In this document: piece after piece, positions 8,809-17,656 of the stretch
How the letters are laid out: each line of letters starts with the position of its first letter
How positions within the stretch are numbered: position 1 is the stretch's first letter
NCBI GenBank assembly: GCA_022826565.1
Contig: JAJDUP010000054.1
Location: 6,636-70,635, forward strand
DNA length: 64,000 nucleotides
Source of the DNA: Gemmatimonadota bacterium
GTDB taxonomy: Bacteria; Gemmatimonadota; Gemmatimonadetes; Longimicrobiales; Gaopeijiaceae
Direction: 5' to 3'
Notes under the pieces: generated by a model
Seen by the model: only the letters and a program-made list of their open reading frames with translations
Databases searched by the model: none
What the model was told of the DNA's origin: nothing
Position numbers and translations under genes: made by a program

Positions 8809-9822
8809 GTGATCTTCCGCCGTACGGAGGTGCTGGTCGTCGGACTTTTCTTCGTACTCCTGATCGTCGGCGGCACGGTCGGATACAGGGTAATCGAGGG
8901 CTGGACCTGGGACGACGCCCTGTACATGACGGTGATCACCATCACGGCGGTGGGCTTCCACGAGGTTCACGCCCTGAGCAACACCGGCCGCTGGTTCACG
9001 AGCTTCCTGCTGATCGGCGGCATCACCGGGCTCGGCATGTGGTTCGCCCTGGTGACCGCATCGATGGTGCGGATGGACCTCGGCAACAACTATGTGAGAC
9101 GCAAGACCATGAAGAGGCTGAAGAAGATCAGGGACCACATCATCGTGTGCGGTGGTGGGAGGATGGGACTCCAGGTCGTCCACGAACTCGAGCAGGCCGG
9201 GCAGGAGTTCGTCGTTGTCGAGCGCGATGAGGAGGCGAGGCAGGCGCTGCGACGGGTATCGCCGGAGGTGCTCATCGTCTCCGACGACGCGACCCGGGAC
9301 CGGGTGCTGCGGGAGGCCGGGGTAGAGCGGGCGAAGGGACTCGTCACCTGCCTTTCGGCGGACACCGACAACCTCTACGTATGCCTCTCGGCGCGGCACC
9401 TGAACCCCGATCTCGTCGTCGTGACCCGAGCCGAGGGCAAACCGGCGACCGCGAAGATGTACCGGGCCGGCGCCAGCCACGTGGTCAGCCCGAACGTGAC
9501 CGGTGCGGTGTGGGTGGCTTCGGTGCTGGTGCGGCCGTCCGTCGCGTCGATTCTCGACGTCACGGCGCCCGGCCGGCACCTGGCACGCCGCGTCGACTAT
9601 GCCACGATCGGCCCGGAATCGGCGCTCGTCGGCAAGACCCTCCGCGCGGCGGGGATTCAGGCCGAGACGGGCCTGCTCGTGATCGCGATCCGAAAGCAGG
9701 ACAGCACGCACGACGAAGTCCGCTTCAACCCCGACGCGAGCACCGAACTGGGGGCAGGGGACGAGGTCATCGTCCTCGGCGACGACGAACAGATCCGCCA
9801 GCTCCACGGCTATGTCACCTGA
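8809..9822 (+). CDS. two-TM potassium-channel-family protein with RCK/TrkA domains
   Basis: 337 aa, GTG start 8 nt after the upstream stop. TM1, pore helix plus filter (WDDALYMTVITITAVGFHE) and TM2, then a Rossmann RCK domain (IIVCGGGRMGLQVVHEL) and a TrkA-C-like C-terminus. Confidence 0.8.
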   Translation: MIFRRTEVLVVGLFFVLLIVGGTVGYRVIEGWTWDDALYMTVITITAVGFHEVHALSNTGRWFTSFLLIGGITGLGMWFALVTASMVRMDLGNNYVRRKTMKRLKKIRDHIIVCGGGRMGLQVVHELEQAGQEFVVVERDEEARQALRRVSPEVLIVSDDATRDRVLREAGVERAKGLVTCLSADTDNLYVCLSARHLNPDLVVVTRAEGKPATAKMYRAGASHVVSPNVTGAVWVASVLVRPSVASILDVTAPGRHLARRVDYATIGPESALVGKTLRAAGIQAETGLLVIAIRKQDSTHDEVRFNPDASTELGAGDEVIVLGDDEQIRQLHGYVT

Positions 9823-9832
9823 GACCGGAACC

Positions 9833-10696
9833 ATGATGCGACACACACTGCCCGCTTTCGCCGGCCTGACCATCGCCCTCGCCGCCCTCGCCCTCCTACC
9901 CGCACCCCTCCACGCACAGCGCGACGGCATGAAGGACATGGCGACCTTCCCCCGCCCGATCGAAGCCGTCGACAACGTGTGGATCGAGGAGCTCACGATG
10001 TTGGAGGTCCGCGACCTTCTCGCCGCCGGCACGAACACCGCCCTCATCCTGACGGGCGGGATCGAGGAGAACGGCCCCTACCTCACGACGGGCAAGCACA
10101 ACCACGTGCTGCGCGTCATGGGCGAATCGATCGCGCGGCGGCTCGGCGGCACGCTCGTCGCGCCCATTGTCACCATCGAGCCCGGCGACCCCGAGCGCGC
10201 CTCCACCCCGGGCGGTATCCGCCTCTCGCAAGAGACCTTCATGGCCGTGCTGCGCGACATGGCAACGAGCCTGAAGGCGCAGGGCTTCACCCGCATCTTC
10301 ATCATGGGTGACAGCGGCGGGAATCTGCGCGGCATGACGGCGGTCGCGGACGAGCTGTCGGGGGCCTGGGCGGGGGACGACGTCCTCATCGCGCATATCC
10401 CCGAGTACTACAACTACGGCGATGTGCTGACCTATCAGCGCGATGTGCTCGGCATCGACGAAGATCCCCGCTTCGAGGGGCTTCACGACGACTACTACAT
10501 CACCTCGATCATCATGCACGACGACCCCGAATACGTCCGGCTCCAGCAGCGGATCGATGCGGGGAAGGCGTCGATCAACGGGATCAGCATCCTGCCCGTG
10601 GAGCAGACGCTGGAGCACGGCCGCAGGCTGATCGAGTTCCGGACCGAGGCGACGTTGGCGGCGATTCAGGCGGTGCTGGCGGCCGCGGGGCGGTGA
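9833..10696 (+). CDS. secreted creatininase-fold (PF02633-like) amidohydrolase family protein, divergent
   Basis: The track ORF begins at ATG 9812, overlapping the channel gene. ATG 9833 gives a clean signal peptide, MMRHTLPAFAGLTIALAALALLPAPLHAQ. The family pattern ALILTGGIEENGPYLTTGKHN...APIVTIEPGD...FIMGDSGGN is colinear with creatininase/MftE-type GSxEQHGPHLP...NGHGGN. Confidence 0.55.
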   Translation: MMRHTLPAFAGLTIALAALALLPAPLHAQRDGMKDMATFPRPIEAVDNVWIEELTMLEVRDLLAAGTNTALILTGGIEENGPYLTTGKHNHVLRVMGESIARRLGGTLVAPIVTIEPGDPERASTPGGIRLSQETFMAVLRDMATSLKAQGFTRIFIMGDSGGNLRGMTAVADELSGAWAGDDVLIAHIPEYYNYGDVLTYQRDVLGIDEDPRFEGLHDDYYITSIIMHDDPEYVRLQQRIDAGKASINGISILPVEQTLEHGRRLIEFRTEATLAAIQAVLAAAGR

Positions 10697-10715
10697 GTCG
10701 CCTGCATCCGTCAGC

Positions 10716-12185
10716 CTAGTGGAAGTTGCCGAAATCCACCCGCGCCGTCGTGCCCTCGCTCCAGTCGATCTCGTGCGCCAGCGAATCCTCGATGCGCGCC
10801 ACGGCGACGATGTAGTCGTACATTTCGGAGACCCGCGCGAATGCGGTGGGGATGTTGCCGCACTGGTCGCGATTGACCAGGAAGCTGGCGATCCCGATCT
10901 CCATCCATGATTCCTCGTAGGGGACCAGCAGCGGACCCCCGCTGTCGCCGAAACAGAGGCCGCGCCCAAGGCGCTCTTCGCCGGCGCAAATGACCCGATC
11001 CGTTATGCCACCGGACAGGAAACCCGCCACCAGGCCGCACCGCTCGTTTGTGATGATGGGCAGGCTGGTACGTTGCAGGATATCGGTATCCATGCCGTCG
11101 GTGCCTTCGCCTATCTGCCCCCACCCGATCGCGGTAGACGTGTCGCCGGGCATCGAATACTCGGGCTGGTCCGGCTTCTGCAGGTAAACCCGCGGACGCA
11201 GATGCGATCCCTCCAGGCGCAAAAGGGCCAGGTCGTAGTCGATCGTCTGACCGTACTCGGGGTGGCGACGAATCGCCTGGACGTTCACCCGCTCGCCCCC
11301 TGAAGTCAGATCGGCGCTGCCGAGCAGAACTTCGATCTCGTTCGCTGTCCTACCCTCGTCCACGCAGTGCGCCGCAGTCAGCACGTAGCGGCTGCTGATC
11401 AGCGTGCCCCCGCAGAACTGGAACTGTGTATCGCTCGTGCGCAGGGCAACCTGGAAGGGAAAGTCCTCGATGTCCGCGTCCTCGCCGTTGACGATGGCGG
11501 CCACGTCCGGCGGCAGCCCACCCGCCGGCGGCGCCGCGGGTCCCGCAAAGGTGCTGCTCCAGCCGAAGTCGAGGATCTGGGAGACCGTGTAGCTGCGGTC
11601 GGCGTCGAGGCCCGCGAACTCGTACGTGCCGGCAGCCACGGTAAAGGTGAGGGGCTCGCCGTTGTCGTACGCGCCGTCAGCGTCGAGGTCGAGAAAGACC
11701 TTGAAGCCCTCCAGGGTACGCTCGTCCTCGTCGATAGCCTCGTCCATGTTGCGGTCGAACCACACGGTGCCCCGGATAACGTTCGGGCCGCTTCCGGCGG
11801 GGCTCGCCACAGTTACGTCGCCGGTCGCCGACGCCTCGCCGTCCCGGTCGTCCCTGACCGTCAACGCGACCTCGAACAACCCGGCGCCGTCATAGGTGTG
11901 CGTCACGCGCACGCCGGTGGCAGTTCCGCCATCGCCGAACTCCCAGCTGTAGGAGACGAGGCTGCCGTCCGGGTCGCTGGACGCGGCCGCGTCGAAGGTG
12001 ACGTCCAGCGGGGCCTGTCCGCGGTCCACGTCGATGGTGAAGCCGGCGGTCGGCGGTTGGTTGGGTTCCTGGGGAGGTGGTGGCGGCGGGGTCGGCGCGA
12101 CGGTTGACTCCTCATCGCCGCCGCAGGAGGCGAGTAGCAAACCGCTGAAGAGTAGCGGCCACATGGCGGGGACTGACCTTGACAT
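10716..12185 (-). CDS. secreted S1 (trypsin-like) serine protease lipoprotein with PKD and SdrD/Cna-B-like domains
   Basis: 489 aa. Lipobox LLLASC; PKD domain (APLDVTFDAAASSDPDGSLVSYSWEFGDGG); activation-site-like IVNGEDA; catalytic His (LTAAHC), Asp (DYDLALLRL), Ser (GDSGGPL). Confidence 0.85.
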   Translation of the reverse strand: MSRSVPAMWPLLFSGLLLASCGGDEESTVAPTPPPPPPQEPNQPPTAGFTIDVDRGQAPLDVTFDAAASSDPDGSLVSYSWEFGDGGTATGVRVTHTYDGAGLFEVALTVRDDRDGEASATGDVTVASPAGSGPNVIRGTVWFDRNMDEAIDEDERTLEGFKVFLDLDADGAYDNGEPLTFTVAAGTYEFAGLDADRSYTVSQILDFGWSSTFAGPAAPPAGGLPPDVAAIVNGEDADIEDFPFQVALRTSDTQFQFCGGTLISSRYVLTAAHCVDEGRTANEIEVLLGSADLTSGGERVNVQAIRRHPEYGQTIDYDLALLRLEGSHLRPRVYLQKPDQPEYSMPGDTSTAIGWGQIGEGTDGMDTDILQRTSLPIITNERCGLVAGFLSGGITDRVICAGEERLGRGLCFGDSGGPLLVPYEESWMEIGIASFLVNRDQCGNIPTAFARVSEMYDYIVAVARIEDSLAHEIDWSEGTTARVDFGNFH

Positions 12186-12267
12186 CGGAAGACACCTGCA
12201 GAAGTGGGAATACGACCCGGACAGTATATTCGGCCACTATTGTAGGCAGATGTCGATGGCCACGAAA

Positions 12268-12299
12268 GGCGCTGACGGATTCGAACCGCCAACCTCCTG
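12268..12299 (-). repeat. remnant of the 3' half of tRNA-Val (T-arm plus acceptor 3' strand); direct repeat of 13940..13971
   Basis: ggcgctgacggattcgaaccgccAacctcctg differs at one position from the intact tRNA-Val at 13940-13971. Similarity decays through the anticodon region, and no D-arm or 5' acceptor strand follows. Confidence 0.75.
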
Positions 12300-12390
12300 G
12301 CTGTGTGGCGATCCCGGATGAGGTGATTCAAGGCAACCAGGACTGCACAATGCCCGGCTGCGCCAGTTGGAAAACGACTACCGATAGTAC

Positions 12391-13857
12391 CTAGTGGAGG
12401 TTGCCGAAATCCACCCGCGCCGTCGTCCCCTCGCTCCAGTCGACTTCGTAGGCCAGCGAATCCTCGATTCGGGCCACCGCGACAATGTAGTCGTAGAGTT
12501 CCGAGACGCGCGCGTAGGCGGCAGGTATGTTCCCGCATTGGTCCCGGTTTACCGCAAAACTGGTGACCCCGATCTCCATCCATGATTCCTCGTAGGGGAC
12601 CATCAGAGGACCGCCGCTGTCACCGAAACAGGTTCCCCGCCCGAGGCGCTCTCCGCCCGCACAGATCACGCGCGTGGTGATGCTTGAAAAGAAGGCGCCG
12701 GCCACCTTGTCGCATTCGTCATTGGTGATGATGGGGACGGTTGTTCGTTGCAGGATGTCGGTATCCAATCCGTCGGTACCCTCCCCGATCTGACCCCATC
12801 CAATGGCCGTGGCGGTATCACCGGGGGTCGAAAAATCGGGTTGGTCAGGTCGTTGAAGGTAAACCCTGGGGCGGAGATGCGAGCCCTCCAGGCGCAGGAG
12901 TGCCACATCGTTGTCGAGGGTCTGGCCAAACCCGGGGTGGGAGCGAACCGCCTGCACTGTCACCCGTTCACCGCCGAAAGTGAGATCGGCGCTGCCAATG
13001 AAAACCTCGATCTGGTTTGCCGCAGCCCCGAACACGCAGTGCGCCGCCGTCAGCACGTAGCGGCTGTTGATCAGCGTGCCTCCGCAGAACTGGAACCGGG
13101 TTTCGCTGGTGCGCAACGCGACCTGAAAGGGAAAGTCCTCGATGTCCGCGTCCTCGCCGTTGACGATGGCGGCGACGTCCGGGGGCAGTGCACCCGCCCC
13201 GGGCGCCGCGGGCCCGGCAAAGGTGCTGCTCCAGCCGAACTCCAGGATCTGGGAGACCCGGTAGCTGCGGTCGGCGTCGAGGCCCGCGAACTCGTACGTG
13301 CCGTCGGCCGCGGTAAAGGTGAGCGGTTCGCCGTTGTCGTACGCGCCGTCGGCGTCGAGGTCGAGAAAGACCTGGAAGCCCTCCAGGGTACGCTCGTCCT
13401 CGTCGATGGCCTCGTCCATGTTGCGGTCGAACCACACGGTGCCCTGGATGACGTTCGGGCCGCTTCCGGCCGGGCTCGCCACAGTTACGTCGCCGGTCGC
13501 CGACGCCTCGCCGTCCCGGTCGTCCCTGACCGTCAACTCGACCTCGAACAGCCCGGCGCCGACATAGGTGTGCGTCACGCGCGCGCCGGTGGCAGTTCCG
13601 CCATCGCCGAACTCCCAGCTGTAGGCGACGAGGCTGCCGTCCGGGTCGCTGGACGGGGCCGCGTCGAAGGTGACATCCAGCGGGGCCTGTCCGCGGTCCA
13701 CGTCGATGGTGAAGCCGGCGGTCGGCAGCTGGTTGGGTTCCTGGGGAGGTGGTGGCGGCGGGGTCGGCGCGACGGTTGACTCCTCATCGCCGCCGCAGGA
13801 GGCGAGCAGAAGTCCGCTCAACAGCAAGAGCAAGCGGGCAGGGACAGAGGTTGACAT
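12391..13857 (-). CDS. secreted S1 (trypsin-like) serine protease lipoprotein, paralogue of 10716..12185
   Basis: 488 aa, colinear with and mostly identical to the neighbouring gene. Same lipobox, PKD domain, IVNGEDA, TAAHC, DNDVALLRL, GDSGGPL. Confidence 0.85.
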   Translation of the reverse strand: MSTSVPARLLLLLSGLLLASCGGDEESTVAPTPPPPPPQEPNQLPTAGFTIDVDRGQAPLDVTFDAAPSSDPDGSLVAYSWEFGDGGTATGARVTHTYVGAGLFEVELTVRDDRDGEASATGDVTVASPAGSGPNVIQGTVWFDRNMDEAIDEDERTLEGFQVFLDLDADGAYDNGEPLTFTAADGTYEFAGLDADRSYRVSQILEFGWSSTFAGPAAPGAGALPPDVAAIVNGEDADIEDFPFQVALRTSETRFQFCGGTLINSRYVLTAAHCVFGAAANQIEVFIGSADLTFGGERVTVQAVRSHPGFGQTLDNDVALLRLEGSHLRPRVYLQRPDQPDFSTPGDTATAIGWGQIGEGTDGLDTDILQRTTVPIITNDECDKVAGAFFSSITTRVICAGGERLGRGTCFGDSGGPLMVPYEESWMEIGVTSFAVNRDQCGNIPAAYARVSELYDYIVAVARIEDSLAYEVDWSEGTTARVDFGNLH

Positions 13858-13937
13858 CGGAAAGCACCTGCTAAAGTCGGAGCGCGATAGTTACAGATTA
13901 TGGAACCCGGACAAAGCCCGGCAAGTTCCGGTCAAAA

Positions 13938-14012
13938 TGGGCGCTGACGGATTCGAACCGCCGACCTCCTGCTTGTAAGGCAGGCGCTCTGAACCAACTG
14001 AGCTAAGCGCCC
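13938..14012 (-). tRNA. tRNA-Val (anticodon TAC)
   Basis: Reverse strand reads GGGCGCT TA GCTC AGTTGGTTCA GAGC G CCTGC CTTACAA GCAGG AGGTC GGCGG TTCGAAT CCGTC AGCGCCC A. It has a 7-bp acceptor, D-arm, anticodon loop with TAC, T-arm with TTCGAAT, and is 75 nt. CCA is not encoded. Confidence 0.93.
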
Positions 14013-14017
14013 CGAGG

Positions 14018-14392
14018 TCAGGTCAGTTGGCGACGCGTCCCGTACGGTCCGCCCAGCGGATCGGGTCCGTACTGGTTGTCGCCGACCGTTCCCCCGACCA
14101 CGAAGAGAACAATGGCCAGATAGATGTTGTACAGAGGGATCATGAAGAGCAACACGTGCCACCCCGGCCGATCGAGATCGTGAAGCCGCTTGACCGTGAT
14201 CGCCAGGGCCGCCCAGGCAGCCGCCAGCCCGACCCCGACGAGCGGGATGGTGACCAGCGAGGTGAACATGCCCATGAACACCGTCATGGCCGCCATGGTG
14301 GCGACTACCAGGTCGTCCAGTACCACATGCCAGAAGTAGCGGGCCCGGTTCGCCCGTCCGTCGAAGGAAAACAGCTCCAGAAACGCGTCCAT
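14018..14392 (-). CDS. DUF805-family inner-membrane protein
   Basis: 124 aa. FSFDGRANRARYFWHVVL...AITVKRLHDLDRPGWHVLLFMIPLYNIYLAIVLFVVGGTVGDNQYGPDP matches the DUF805 (YhaH/YhaI-like) pattern including RLHD. Confidence 0.85.
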   Translation of the reverse strand: MDAFLELFSFDGRANRARYFWHVVLDDLVVATMAAMTVFMGMFTSLVTIPLVGVGLAAAWAALAITVKRLHDLDRPGWHVLLFMIPLYNIYLAIVLFVVGGTVGDNQYGPDPLGGPYGTRRQLT

Positions 14393-14440
14393 TCTGATCC
14401 CTGTGTTGTTGAGGAGTGCGTGATCGGTGAACTTCCATCA

Positions 14441-15304
14441 ATGACCCGGCTCCGTGATCCCGTGCCACTAACGCGGCTCTACGCGTTGACGGACTCCCTC
14501 CTTCACGCCGCAGCGACGGGAGCCTTCGTGGAGCCGCCTTCGATCAGCGATGGGCTGACGCTGGACGAAGGCTACCACATCGGCGCGCTGATCGCTGAGC
14601 GTCGCATTCAGCGTGGTTGGCGCTGGAGGGGATGGAAGGTCGGGTTCACAAACCGGGAGATCTGGTCGGAATGGGGCCTGGACCAGCCTATCGTGGGGCC
14701 GGTCTACGCGGAAACCGTTTTCGGCGTGGGCGCCGGCGCCGGAAGAGTTCGTGACCGGAGACCGGTGCGCATCGCCGCCGGATGCCGCGCGGCGCTCATG
14801 ATCGAGGTCGAGATGGTATTCGGTTTCGACGGGTCCGCCGCGTCCGCAGGGCGGTACCCAAAGCCCCAATGGGCCGCGCTGGGCGCCGAGCTCGTGGACT
14901 GCCATTACGCGGGCTGGCGGTTGCACCCGGCCGATGCGGTCGCTGATTTCGGGCTGCACGCCGGCCTGGTGGTCGGTCCGCGCATCGGGCCCGTGCCCGC
15001 CGACTCGGTCGAGGGGTTGCGCGATCTCGGGGTCTCGCTGTCGGTGGGCGGTAAACGCCTGGCCACGGGCACGGGACAGGCGGTCCTCGACGGGCCGGCC
15101 AATGTGCTCGCGGAGTTGAACGGACCGCTTGCGCAGCGTACCGCCAGCTACGGCGTGACCGCGGGCGCGGAGCGTGGCGGCGAGGGTGGCTCGGGTTACC
15201 TTGTCTCGACCGGAACGCTCACCCCCCTGGTGGAGGCGACGATTGGAACCACGTACGACGTCGAAGCCGATCTGCTCCCGTCGTTTTCCTTCGCGCTGGT
15301 ATGA
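14441..15304 (+). CDS. 2-keto-4-pentenoate hydratase-like (FAH-fold) protein
   Basis: The track ORF from 14027 is antisense to DUF805, so the first ATG outside that gene (14441) is used. MTRLRDPVPL...LTLDEGYHIGALIAERRIQRGWRWRGWKVGFTNREIWSEWGLDQPIVGPVY resembles MhpD/HpcG-type hydratases. Confidence 0.6.
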   Translation: MTRLRDPVPLTRLYALTDSLLHAAATGAFVEPPSISDGLTLDEGYHIGALIAERRIQRGWRWRGWKVGFTNREIWSEWGLDQPIVGPVYAETVFGVGAGAGRVRDRRPVRIAAGCRAALMIEVEMVFGFDGSAASAGRYPKPQWAALGAELVDCHYAGWRLHPADAVADFGLHAGLVVGPRIGPVPADSVEGLRDLGVSLSVGGKRLATGTGQAVLDGPANVLAELNGPLAQRTASYGVTAGAERGGEGGSGYLVSTGTLTPLVEATIGTTYDVEADLLPSFSFALV

Positions 15305-15806
15305 ATCCGGCAGCCGTTCACGGGCCCTGATCGCTGCCGGAACCGTCGCGGCCGCCCTCTTCTCCTCCTCATGCCAGGCTGGATCCCCTGCCCCGGCATC
15401 TGCACCCGAGCCCGCCGCCGAGCCCGAGCTTTCTGCCGGATCCGGCGCGGCACCGCGGCCACGGACCAAGGCCGACGAGCCCAACACGACCGACGGGATC
15501 TACTCCGAAGCTCAGGCCATGCGTGGACGCCGGGTCTTCGAACAAATCTGCACCGAATGCCACGTGCCCGCCGACTGGACCGAGCCCGCGTTCCTGCAGC
15601 GATGGGAGGAAGCCTCGGTCTTCCGCCTCTGGTACTGGATCTACGAGCGGATGCCGCACGGGAACCCCGGCAGCCTGACCCGCGAGCAGGTGACCGACGC
15701 CCTGACCTATATCTTTCAGCTCAACGGCCTTCCGCCCGGGCCGAATGAGCTGGCCACCGACGACGACTCGATCGACGACTACTGGATCATCTGGACACCC
15801 TCCTGA
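15243..15806 (+). CDS. c-type cytochrome (single CxxCH) lipoprotein; start uncertain
   Basis: Heme motif ICTECH. Lipobox-like RALIAAGTVAAALFSSSC upstream of it. There is no in-frame ATG before the signal peptide; candidate starts are GTG 15174, GTG 15186, TTG 15201 and TTG 15243, and all overlap the hydratase gene. Confidence 0.6.
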   Translation: MEPRTTSKPICSRRFPSRWYESGSRSRALIAAGTVAAALFSSSCQAGSPAPASAPEPAAEPELSAGSGAAPRPRTKADEPNTTDGIYSEAQAMRGRRVFEQICTECHVPADWTEPAFLQRWEEASVFRLWYWIYERMPHGNPGSLTREQVTDALTYIFQLNGLPPGPNELATDDDSIDDYWIIWTPS

Positions 15807-15814
15807 GAGGAACG

Positions 15815-17656
15815 ATGCACCGACGCACCCCAAGAACTGTTGATGCCTGCCGCCGCGCCCATGTCGAGATCCGCGGGCGGGCCACGCCGCTGCCGGCCGA
15901 TGGGCCGTCCATGTGCCGCCTGGCCCTGGCCGGATTCGCAGCCGCGATCGTCGCGGGTTCGCCCGCCGCCGCCCAGTCCTCCAGCCTCGTCTCTCCCACC
16001 GGCGAGGTCGACTACAATCGCTTCTACACGGCTGCCGAGACCAACCAGATCCTGCGCGAGTTCCACACGCTCTACCCGGAGCTGACCGAACTGCACCAGG
16101 TCGGCGAGAGCTTTTACGGCCAGCCCCTCATGCTGATGACCATCACCAACGAGGCAACCGGCCCCGCCGCCGAGAAACCCGCGCTCTACGTCGACGGCGG
16201 CATCCACGCCGGCGAGCTGACCGCATCGGCCGTGGCCACGCACTTCATCGGCCACCTCCTCAACGGCTACGGCAACGACCCCCGCGTCACCGCGCTCCTC
16301 GACACCCGCGCCTTCTACGTGCGCCCCAAGTTCAACCCCGACGGCTCGGACCTGGCGCTCATCGACGACCAGTTCCTGCGCAGCACCCCCCACCCCTTCG
16401 ACGACGACGAGGACGGCGCCGCGGACGAAGACCCCCCCGAGGACCTCGACGGCGACGGCTGGATCACCCAGATGCGCATCCCCGACCCCGACGGCATCTG
16501 GGTGGCCGACCCGGACGACGACCGCATCATGGTGCGCGACCCGGAGATGCAGCGCGCCGGCCTGCGCTTCTCGACCATGCGCGAGGGCGTCGACAACGAC
16601 GGCGACGGCACGATCAACGAGGACGGGCTCGGCGGCCTCGACATGAACCGCAACTTCCCCCGCAACTGGGAGCGCGTGCACATGCAGCCGGGCGCCGGCG
16701 ACTACCCGCTCTCGGAGCCCGAGACGCGCGCCGCGGCGGAGTTCATCAACGCGCACCGCAACATCACCGGGATCTTTCACGGGCACACCTCCGGCGGCTT
16801 CGTCTACCGGCTCCCGTCGGCGTCCGCGCCGTCGCTCTTCCCGCCGATCGACCTGTCGCTGATCGTCCACCTCGGCGAGGAGTACACGCGTTCGACCGGC
16901 CGCCCGGTCGTCCCCAGCGCCACGCATCCCACCGAGCACCGCTACGGGACGCTGATCTCGTGGGGCTATTGGGACCACGGCATAGTCGGATGGGTCCCGG
17001 AGTTCTCGCCCGGCCCCGAGGCATGGGTGACCGACTACGACGGCGACGGCGAGGTCAGCGAGGCCGAGCAGCACCGCTTCAACGACGAGGAGCTGGGCGG
17101 CCGCTACTTCTCGGACTGGACGCCGTACGACCACCCGCAGCTGGGCGCCGTCGAGATCGGGGGCTGGCACTCGAAGTTCTGGGGACAGAACCCGCCGCCG
17201 GAGTTTCTGGAAGCGGAGACGGAGCAGCAGCTGCACTGGATCCTCTACCTGGCCGAGCAGGGCCCGCTGATCGAGGTGAGCGACCCGGCAGTGACGGCCC
17301 TCGGCGACGGGACCTTCCGGGTCGCGGCAACGGTGACCAACACAGGGTTCCTGCCGACGAGCCTCACCGACCGGGGCGCGGTGGGGCGTGAGCGCCCGGA
17401 CGGCAGCATCGACCGCCAGGTGGTGCGGGCGCCGTCCGTGACGCTGACGCATCCCGGGCTCCAGATCGTGGAGGGCCGCGGCCGCACGGTGATCCCGCAC
17501 CTCGCGGGGTCGAACCCGTTCCTGGAGGCCGCGACGGAGAGGTCGCACACGGTGACGTGGGTGGTGCGCTCCACCGGCGGCGAGCGCGCGGTGCGAGTCA
17601 CGGCGGAATCGGACAAGGGTGGCACCGTCCGTTCCGGCTGGGTGGCGGTACGATGA
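15815..17656 (+). CDS. secreted M14-family zinc carboxypeptidase
   Basis: 613 aa, GAGAGG 5 nt upstream of the ATG. Signal peptide; YNRFYTAAETNQILREFHTLYPELTELHQVGESFYGQPL; zinc motif GGIHAGE (HxxE); acidic Ca-binding-like repeats (DDDEDGAADEDPPEDLDGDG, DNDGDGTINEDG). Confidence 0.85.
   Translation: MHRRTPRTVDACRRAHVEIRGRATPLPADGPSMCRLALAGFAAAIVAGSPAAAQSSSLVSPTGEVDYNRFYTAAETNQILREFHTLYPELTELHQVGESFYGQPLMLMTITNEATGPAAEKPALYVDGGIHAGELTASAVATHFIGHLLNGYGNDPRVTALLDTRAFYVRPKFNPDGSDLALIDDQFLRSTPHPFDDDEDGAADEDPPEDLDGDGWITQMRIPDPDGIWVADPDDDRIMVRDPEMQRAGLRFSTMREGVDNDGDGTINEDGLGGLDMNRNFPRNWERVHMQPGAGDYPLSEPETRAAAEFINAHRNITGIFHGHTSGGFVYRLPSASAPSLFPPIDLSLIVHLGEEYTRSTGRPVVPSATHPTEHRYGTLISWGYWDHGIVGWVPEFSPGPEAWVTDYDGDGEVSEAEQHRFNDEELGGRYFSDWTPYDHPQLGAVEIGGWHSKFWGQNPPPEFLEAETEQQLHWILYLAEQGPLIEVSDPAVTALGDGTFRVAATVTNTGFLPTSLTDRGAVGRERPDGSIDRQVVRAPSVTLTHPGLQIVEGRGRTVIPHLAGSNPFLEAATERSHTVTWVVRSTGGERAVRVTAESDKGGTVRSGWVAVR

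Larger units (their letters stand above)
10715..13971. repeat. direct duplication: two ~1.58-kb units (10715-12299 and 12390-13971) separated by a unique 90-nt spacer
   Basis: Constant offset of 1672-1675 nt between stop codons, start codons and the tRNA-derived segment of the two units. Each unit is a protease CDS, an 82-nt upstream spacer and the tRNA-Val 3' half. Confidence 0.8.

Noticed and set aside
7446-8945. 499-aa reverse-strand ORF
   Set aside because: It is antisense to the well-supported beta-lactamase-like gene. It has Arg/Ala/Gly/Val-rich low-complexity composition typical of spurious ORFs in high-GC DNA.
12300-12389. Possible second tRNA or small RNA in the unique 90-nt spacer after the tRNA-Val fragment
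   Set aside because: The reverse strand lacks a D-arm, an anticodon stem and a 5' acceptor strand complementary to the fragment. No stable cloverleaf could be drawn.
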